Origin: Candidatus Eiseniibacteriota bacterium
GTDB taxonomy: Bacteria > Orphanbacterota > Orphanbacteria > Orphanbacterales > Orphanbacteraceae
Direction of reading: 5' to 3'
Assembly: GCA_016930695.1 (NCBI GenBank)
Contig: JAFGGD010000026.1
Location: 114,904-178,903 of the forward strand
DNA: 64,000 nucleotides
Part shown: piece after piece, positions 58,262 to 64,000 of the stretch
How positions within the stretch are numbered: the first letter of the stretch is position 1
How the letters are laid out: every line of letters begins with the position of its first letter
The notes under the pieces: generated by a model
Database searches by the model: none
Seen by the model: only the letters and a program-made list of their open reading frames with translations
Told to the model about the DNA's origin: nothing
Translations under genes and position numbers: made by a program

Positions 58262-58828
58262 TCAGGCGGATTCGGGCGACCCTTTGTCCAGCTCCTCCGC
58301 CATGGAGAGGCCGAGATCGAAAGCCTTGATGTTGATCTCCTCGGTCCCCTTCGGCACCCGGGTGAGGATCGCCTCGCGCACCGATTCCGCCGAGACCACC
58401 CGGGCGAAGCGGGTGATGATGCCGAGGGCGACGATGTTCCCCACGATCTCCCGGTTCAGTTTCTCCCGGGCGGCGCGGATCACCGGCGCGCGGAGCGCCC
58501 GGAAGGAGCCCTCGGGAACGCGCCGCACGGCGTCCTCGTCGACGAGAAGGAGGCCGTCCGGCTTCAGATCGCCGATGTAGCGGTCGCACGCTTCCTGCGT
58601 GAGGGCGAGAAGAAGATCGAGTTCGACCGCCTTCGGGAAGTCGATGTCCTCGTCGGAGAGGATCACTTCGGAACGGCTCGCACCGCCCCGCGCCTCCGGG
58701 CCGTAGGACTGGCTCTGGGTGGCGTTGATCCCTTCGTAGATGGCGGCCGCTTCCGCGAAGATCTTCCCGGCGAGAACCAGTCCCTGGCCGCCCTCGCCGC
58801 TCAAACGCATTTCATAGCGGAAGCTCAT
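58262..58828 (-). CDS. 2-oxoacid:ferredoxin oxidoreductase gamma subunit
   Basis: The C-terminal 188 aa of the ORF; start MSFRYEM. Gamma-subunit pattern LSGEGGQGLVLAGKI...YGPEARGG. ATGA overlap with the beta subunit. Confidence 0.8.
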   Translation of the reverse strand: MSFRYEMRLSGEGGQGLVLAGKIFAEAAAIYEGINATQSQSYGPEARGGASRSEVILSDEDIDFPKAVELDLLLALTQEACDRYIGDLKPDGLLLVDEDAVRRVPEGSFRALRAPVIRAAREKLNREIVGNIVALGIITRFARVVSAESVREAILTRVPKGTEEINIKAFDLGLSMAEELDKGSPESA

Positions 58829-59709
58829 AGCTCCTCTCCTTCCGCGCGGGCGGCCCGGGCGGAGATCGTCTCCCGCTCGGGAAGGACCGGTTCTCCGCGC
58901 TCGGCCCGGGACCGCTCGATCAGCCGGTCGTAAAGCTCGCAGTATTCCGGCTTCTCCACATCCGCGAGAACGCCGGTGATCAGTTTGCCTTTTAACTCTT
59001 CTTCGGTCATCGTCTCGGCCTTTTTCCGGCCGACCACGCTTTCTTTGATCCAGGCCAGGTTGTCGAGAGGTTTCCCCATCTTGTTGTGCCGGCCGAAGGA
59101 GGTGGGGCATGGGGTGAACGCCTCGATGAGGGAGAAACCCTTCTTGAGGATTCCCTGCTCGATGTAGCGGCTCATCTGCACGGGGTTGGTGACCGTGCCC
59201 CGGGCCACGAAGGAGGCGCCGGCGGCGATGGCGAGTTTGGAGATGTCGAAGGAGCCTTCGGGGTTGCCGAACTTGGCGGTGGTGGCCCGCATGCCGTGGG
59301 GGGTGGTGGGCGAGCACTGGCCGCCGGTCATGCCGTAGATCCAGTTGTTGTAGAGCACCACCGTGATGTCGATGTTGCGGCGGGCGGCGTGGATGAAGTG
59401 GTTGCCGCCGATGGCGGTGGCGTCGCCGTCGCCGGTCACCACGACGACCGTCAGCTCCGGGTTCGCCAGCTTGATGCCGGTGGCGAAGGCGAGGGCGCGG
59501 CCGTGCGTGGTGTGCAGCGTGTTGAAGTCCACGTAGCCCGTGGCGCGGCTCGAACATCCGATCCCGGAGACCATGGTGACCTTGTTCTGGTCCAGGCCGA
59601 TCCGGTCGACGGCGCCGAGCATCGCCTTCAGGATGATCCCGTTGCCGCAGCCGGGGCACCAGATCAGCGGCATCTTGTCTTTTCGGAGGTATTTCGTGAG
59701 ATCCATCAT
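58825..59709 (-). CDS. 2-oxoacid:ferredoxin oxidoreductase beta subunit (TPP-binding)
   Basis: WCPGCGNG, GIGCSS, and the TPP motif GDGDATAIGGNH...NN.IYGMTGGQ. Start MMDLTKY. Confidence 0.9.
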   Translation of the reverse strand: MMDLTKYLRKDKMPLIWCPGCGNGIILKAMLGAVDRIGLDQNKVTMVSGIGCSSRATGYVDFNTLHTTHGRALAFATGIKLANPELTVVVVTGDGDATAIGGNHFIHAARRNIDITVVLYNNWIYGMTGGQCSPTTPHGMRATTAKFGNPEGSFDISKLAIAAGASFVARGTVTNPVQMSRYIEQGILKKGFSLIEAFTPCPTSFGRHNKMGKPLDNLAWIKESVVGRKKAETMTEEELKGKLITGVLADVEKPEYCELYDRLIERSRAERGEPVLPERETISARAARAEGEEL

Positions 59710-60872
59710 GATTGATTCGCCTCTTCGATCGCGTCCAGGATCTGCCGGGGACGAATCGGTTCGCCGTCCACGCGGTTCACGCGGTGGACCTTCGCGTCGC
59801 ATCCGAGCGCCCACTCGATCTCGTGGGCGTACTGCCCTGCGTTCATCTCCGCCACGATGACGTGATCCACCAGGCGGCCCAGCTCGCGCATCGCCTTTTC
59901 CGGGAAGGGCCACAGCGTGAGCGGCGATAGGAAGGAGACGGCCGTTCCGTTCTCGCGGGCCATCCGAACCGCGCGAGCGGCGGAGCGCGCGGTGGAGCCG
60001 TAGGAGACGACCGCCGTCTTGGCCCCTTCCTGGAAGTCCCGATCGACCCGCACGATCCGGTCCGTGTAGCGATCGATCTTGCGGCCGAAGCGCTCCATGA
60101 AGCGGTTGATGTTCTCCGCCTTGTTGGTCGGGAAGCCGGTCTCGTCGTGAACGAGGCCGGATACGTGGTAGCGATAGCCGGTGCCGAAGCTCGCCATGGG
60201 GGGGATGTCCGAGTCGGTGAAGGCGTAGGGGAGGTACTCCTCGGGGGGGACTTCCGGTTTCACCCGGTCCACGACGCGGACCTTCGTCGGCAGCTCCACC
60301 TTCTCGTTCACGTGAGCGATGATCTCGTCCAGCAGAAGGATCACCGGCGTCCGGTAGATCTCGGCGAGGTTGAAGGCGCGGATGGTGAGGTCGTAGGTTT
60401 CGCGCACGCCGCGGGGACAGAGGACGATGATCGAGTGATCGCCGTGCGTGCCCCATCGCGTCTGCATCACGTCCCCCTGGGCGGGCAGCGTGGGGAGCCC
60501 GGTGCTCGGGCCGCCGCGCATCACGTTCACCACCACGCAGGGGACCTCGGCCATGCAGGCGTAGCCGAGGTTCTCCTGTTTCAAGGAAAAGCCGGGGCCG
60601 CTCGTGGCGGTCATCGACTTCGCCCCGGCGAGCGAGGCGCCGATGATCGCGCCCATGGCGCAGATCTCGTCCTCGGTCTGTATGAACTTCCTGCCCAACC
60701 GCGGAAGGTCGGTGGAGAGGATCTCCGCGATCTCCGAGGAGGGCGTGATGGGATATCCCGCGTAAAAGCGGAGACCCGCGGCGAGCGCGGCTTCGGCGCA
60801 CGCCTCGTTTCCCGTCATGACGCGGACGCCGCCGTGGGGAGATGCGGCTTTCGCCTTCGATTCTTCGGGCAT
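59706..60872 (-). CDS. 2-oxoacid:ferredoxin oxidoreductase alpha subunit
   Basis: Alpha-subunit pattern GNEACAEAALAAG..FYAGYPITPSSEI and MRGGPSTGLPT. 388 aa. Confidence 0.9.
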   Translation of the reverse strand: MPEESKAKAASPHGGVRVMTGNEACAEAALAAGLRFYAGYPITPSSEIAEILSTDLPRLGRKFIQTEDEICAMGAIIGASLAGAKSMTATSGPGFSLKQENLGYACMAEVPCVVVNVMRGGPSTGLPTLPAQGDVMQTRWGTHGDHSIIVLCPRGVRETYDLTIRAFNLAEIYRTPVILLLDEIIAHVNEKVELPTKVRVVDRVKPEVPPEEYLPYAFTDSDIPPMASFGTGYRYHVSGLVHDETGFPTNKAENINRFMERFGRKIDRYTDRIVRVDRDFQEGAKTAVVSYGSTARSAARAVRMARENGTAVSFLSPLTLWPFPEKAMRELGRLVDHVIVAEMNAGQYAHEIEWALGCDAKVHRVNRVDGEPIRPRQILDAIEEANQS

Positions 60873-60879
60873 GACCTCT

Positions 60880-61116
60880 CTACTCCTGGTCTTTACTGAC
60901 TTGAATGGCGAAATCGGGGCAGATCCAGACGCACTGCTCGCAGGCGGTGCACCGCTCCGGATGGACGACGACGGCTTTCTTGTCCTTGGACATTTCCAGC
61001 ACGTCGCGCGGACAGTAGGTCACGCAGAAGCCGCACCCCTTGCACCAATCGAGACGGATCTCGATCTTGGGGATCGGCTTCCCCGTTTTCCGGGGGCTCG
61101 TCTCTTCCTTCTCCAC
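60880..61116 (-). CDS. 2-oxoacid:ferredoxin oxidoreductase delta subunit (2x[4Fe-4S] ferredoxin)
   Basis: 78 aa. CKGCGFCVTYCP and CTACEQCVWICP. Confidence 0.85.
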   Translation of the reverse strand: MEKEETSPRKTGKPIPKIEIRLDWCKGCGFCVTYCPRDVLEMSKDKKAVVVHPERCTACEQCVWICPDFAIQVSKDQE

Positions 61117-61648
61117 TTATTACCTCCTCAGGCCCGCCTCGCCGTCCGGAGTAGAGGGCCGGCCGGGGGGTTCCGGCCGCCGATCGATAGCAAAGAAAGA
61201 AGGATACAACGCATTGGAGTCAAAGACCACCCCCGATCGAGGGGGGGCGCGAAAGAGGATTTCGTGTTTGGTTTTGTCTATCTCTATTAATTACATATGA
61301 TTGCGCCGTTCCGTCCCCGACGGCTTCCCCACGGCGACATACGGGGAATCTTTGAGACCGGCCCGGCTTTCGCCGAGAAAACCCCTATCGGGAAGCCGCC
61401 GTCGTTGCCGCGATAGGCGACTGTCCCCATTTACGCGGCGCGCATTCTTCCTGAGAATAATCGTGACGATCGGTATTGTCGCTGCCCCCTTTCTCGTTTC
61501 ACGTCTCACGATTCGATTCGGAACCCCACCGCCGGTCTTCCTTGCCCGGCGCTTGGCCGTTCCCGTACAATCCGGGGGAACGAGAGGCGCGGGAACGGTG
61601 GTCCGGCCGGAGTCGGGCGGGATGTTTCCCTTTCCCAAGGGGGGAGAG

Positions 61649-63292
61649 ATGGATTGCAAGGGTATGGTGGTCGAGGTGCTCAAGAAGCACCGTAACGTGT
61701 TGGAGAACCTGGAACGAAAAGAGATGATCCGCCACTCCTTGGAGAACAAGGAGGCCTTCGCTTCGGCGAACGGGGCGCTCGCCACCTGGACGCCGGTGGA
61801 GTCGACCGGCCGCTCCCCCAAGGACACGCTGATCGTGAAACGCCCGGAGAGCGCGGGGAACATCGACTGGGATTCCCCCAATAACCTCCCCGTCGATCCG
61901 GAGACCTTCGAGATGCTCTGGAAGGACGCGGTGGAGGTCCTCTCCAAGAAAGACAGGATCTACATCACGGACCGCACCGTGGGCGCCGACTCCTCCTACG
62001 CCCTGCCGATCCGCACCATCGCCGATCAGGCGTTGACGGTCCTCTTCACGGACAACATGTTCCGCGCCGTCCCGGAGGACATCGGCAAGAGCTGCTTCGC
62101 AGGGAAGGGGTTCACCCTCCTGGTCATTCCCTACGACAAGGTGAAGGCGGAGAAGTACGAGGGGCGGCTCCGCAAAACGGCGAGCGGCGCGACCTCCGAC
62201 ATGGCGATCGTCATGGACATGGACAACCATGTCGGGCTCGTCTACGGCAGCGCCTACGGCGGCAGCGTGAAGAAGCTGATGTTCACGGTGATGAATTACC
62301 TGCTCCCGCTGAACGGCGTTCTCCCGCTCCACTGCAGCGCCAACGAGGGTGCCCGCGGGGACTGCGCGCTCCTGCTCGGCCTTTCCGGCACGGGGAAGAC
62401 GAGTCTCTCCGCCGATCCGACCCGCGCGCTTCTCGGCGACGACGAGCACGGCTGGAACGACACGGGGATCGCCAACTTCGAGAACGGCTGCTACGCCAAG
62501 CTGATCAATCTCCGCGAGGCGAAGGAGACGGAGATCTGGAACGCCGTCTTCCACGAGGCGGATCCGCTCGAGCACGGGGCGATCATCGAGAACTGCATGA
62601 TGTACCCGGACGGGCGTTTCGACGTGGATGACGAGCGGCTGACGCCGAACTCCCGCGGTTCCTACCCGCTCCGCTTCCTCAGCAACATCCAGACGCCGCC
62701 CGTGAGCGGCCACCCCAAGACGATTCTCTTCCTCACGGCCGACGCGAACGCGGTGCTCCCGCCGGTGGCGCGCCTCAACCAGGAGCAGGCGATGCTCTGG
62801 TTCCTGATGGGGTACACGAGCAAGCTGGCCGGAACCGAGCGGGGCGTGGTCGATCCGGTCTCCACCTTCTCCCGCTTCTTCGGGTCTCCCTTCATGCCGC
62901 TCAATCCGGACATCTACGCGCGGATGCTCGGCGAGAGGATGGCGAAGCACGGGAGCAGCGTCTATCTGGTGAACACCGGCTGGAGCGGCGGCCCGTACGG
63001 CGTCGGAAAACGGATGGACATCGGCCTCACGCGGGCGATCGTCGCCGCCGCGCTCGAAGGGCACCTGGAGAACGTCGCCTACGAAACGGATCCGCTCTTC
63101 CATATCGACGTGCCGAAGGAGTGCCCCGGCGTGCCGGCTGAAGTGCTTCAGCCCCGAAATACCTGGACGGACAAGAAAGCCTACGACGACCGCGCGAAAA
63201 AGCTGGCGGCCGACTTCGTGAAGGCGTACGATAAGGCGTACGGCAACAAAAACATCGACCCCAAGGTGGCGGGCCAGTGTCCGGGTAAATAA
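61649..63292 (+). CDS. pckA: Phosphoenolpyruvate carboxykinase (ATP)
   Basis: PckA signatures: kinase-1a LLGLSGTGKTSLSADP; LLGDDEHGW; ENGCYAK; C-terminal GW.GGPYG. Start at the ATG after AAGGGGGGAGAG. The upstream part of the long ORF is junk. Confidence 0.9.
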   Translation: MDCKGMVVEVLKKHRNVLENLERKEMIRHSLENKEAFASANGALATWTPVESTGRSPKDTLIVKRPESAGNIDWDSPNNLPVDPETFEMLWKDAVEVLSKKDRIYITDRTVGADSSYALPIRTIADQALTVLFTDNMFRAVPEDIGKSCFAGKGFTLLVIPYDKVKAEKYEGRLRKTASGATSDMAIVMDMDNHVGLVYGSAYGGSVKKLMFTVMNYLLPLNGVLPLHCSANEGARGDCALLLGLSGTGKTSLSADPTRALLGDDEHGWNDTGIANFENGCYAKLINLREAKETEIWNAVFHEADPLEHGAIIENCMMYPDGRFDVDDERLTPNSRGSYPLRFLSNIQTPPVSGHPKTILFLTADANAVLPPVARLNQEQAMLWFLMGYTSKLAGTERGVVDPVSTFSRFFGSPFMPLNPDIYARMLGERMAKHGSSVYLVNTGWSGGPYGVGKRMDIGLTRAIVAAALEGHLENVAYETDPLFHIDVPKECPGVPAEVLQPRNTWTDKKAYDDRAKKLAADFVKAYDKAYGNKNIDPKVAGQCPGK

Positions 63293-63330
63293 TCCCGGCC
63301 CCGGCGGTTGCCGCCGTTCCTTCCGCGTCC

Positions 63331-63356
63331 GGCCCCGGGCTTCACGGCCCGGGGCC
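63331..63356 (+). terminator. GC-rich hairpin (GGCCCCGGG-N8-CCCGGGGCC) followed by ATTTCT, downstream of pckA
   Basis: Perfect 9-bp inverted repeat read directly 40 bp after the pckA stop. The T-tract is weak. Confidence 0.4.
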
Positions 63357-63364
63357 ATTTCTAT

Positions 63365-63430
63365 CGGGTAACCAGATACCCTGTTTGCAACAAGTTGTCC
63401 GGTGCCGCGCAAGTACCGGGTACCCGGTAT
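63365..63430. promoter_or_regulatory. Two GGTACC-containing palindromes (GGGTAACCAGATACCC and GTACCGGGTACCCGGTAT) related to the motif array at 2236-2405
   Basis: Read directly in the intergenic region between pckA and the aminopeptidase gene. Confidence 0.3.
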
Positions 63431-63580
63431 CGCGAAACGCCCGGTCGCGATATAATCGAATGGTTCGGGCCGGCCTCCGGATCCGACCGGCTACGGGCCC
63501 AAAGCGGGGTCGGCCCCGAACACTTTTCCGTCGTGTGGGTTTTAAGCGGCTTGCGCGAAACGAGCCGGAGGAGGGGATCG

Positions 63581-64000
63581 ATGAAGGACGTGCGCGTGGA
63601 GCGCCTGGCCGAGCTGATCTGCCGGTATTCGATCGGCGTCAAGAAGGGGGACGCCATCGTCGTCAACTATGAACCGGTTTCGGAGCCACTCGCCCGGGAG
63701 CTGTATCGGGAGATCCTCCTGATGGGGGGGCACCCGATTCTCGACATCAATCCGGGTTGGCGGGAGGAGATCTACTACCGCGAGGCGCAGCCGCATCAGC
63801 TCGATTACACCAGCCCCTTCCTCCTTCACGAGGCGGAGAACACGCGCGCGCGGATCGTGATCCACGGGTCGACCAACACCCGGCGGAACAGCTCCGTCGA
63901 TCCCAAGCGGATCTCGCGCGCCCAGCAGGCGCGCCGGCCGATCCTGGAGACCTTCTTTGGCCGGATGGATAAAAAGGAATGGAGCTTCGTCATCGCCCCC
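63581..64000 (+). CDS. M29-family aminopeptidase (AmpS/PepS-like), 5' portion; runs off the window end
   Basis: Frame open from the ATG after GGAGGAGGGGA to the window end. N-terminus MKDVRVERLAELICRYSIGVKKGD resembles aminopeptidase T/PepS. Not in the ORF track because no stop falls inside the window. Confidence 0.55.
   Translation, partial: MKDVRVERLAELICRYSIGVKKGDAIVVNYEPVSEPLARELYREILLMGGHPILDINPGWREEIYYREAQPHQLDYTSPFLLHEAENTRARIVIHGSTNTRRNSSVDPKRISRAQQARRPILETFFGRMDKKEWSFVIAP

Noticed and set aside
56368-58329. 653-aa plus ORF antisense to GlnE; also 61499-63412 (637 aa, minus) antisense to pckA
   Set aside because: Antisense to genes with strong family signatures. Compositionally biased.

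Overview
This is a high-GC (about 68-70%) bacterial chromosomal segment, probably from an uncultivated anaerobic or facultatively anaerobic organism, densely coded on both strands. Almost every long antisense ORF in the six-frame track is an Arg/Pro/Gly-rich GC artefact. Named products rest on motifs read in the translations; the family assignments are from memory and nothing here was computed. About 45 real genes are supported. They include an alpha/beta hydrolase-TPR protein, a four-gene cluster of unknown function (a 421-aa conserved protein, a cupin, a homoserine-dehydrogenase-like protein and an aldehyde dehydrogenase) preceded by an array of GGTATCCGGTACC motifs, and a minus-strand operon encoding a Cache-PAS sensor, a [NiFe] hydrogenase small subunit lacking a Tat signal and its large subunit, a maturation protease, and a sensorless hybrid histidine kinase. 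Further along are a 1727-aa protein fusing a Ser/Thr kinase, an ATPase, TPR repeats, a GAF domain and a sigma-54 activator, followed by a degenerate activator-like protein and a soluble histidine kinase. There is also a putative Cyc2-like fused cytochrome-porin downstream of a pentaheme cytochrome c. A DUF134 / NifX-like / two MinD-like Fe-S ATPase cluster carries a Gly/Arg-rich tandem-repeat tail on the NifX-like protein. An AmmeMemoRadiSam system has the Memo and AMMECR1 domains fused and export-signal-like N-termini. The rest is housekeeping and envelope genes: two lamin-tail-domain surface proteins flanking Ppx/GppA, DUF47 plus PiT, GlnE, a four-subunit 2-oxoacid:ferredoxin oxidoreductase, PEP carboxykinase, photolyase plus a YbgA-like protein, and OPT and MFS transporters. 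No rRNA, tRNA, CRISPR array or obvious mobile element was seen. The most likely candidates for a previously undescribed system are the hydrogenase-linked two-component module, the kinase/sigma-54 mega-regulator, and the Cyc2-like electron-transfer pair.
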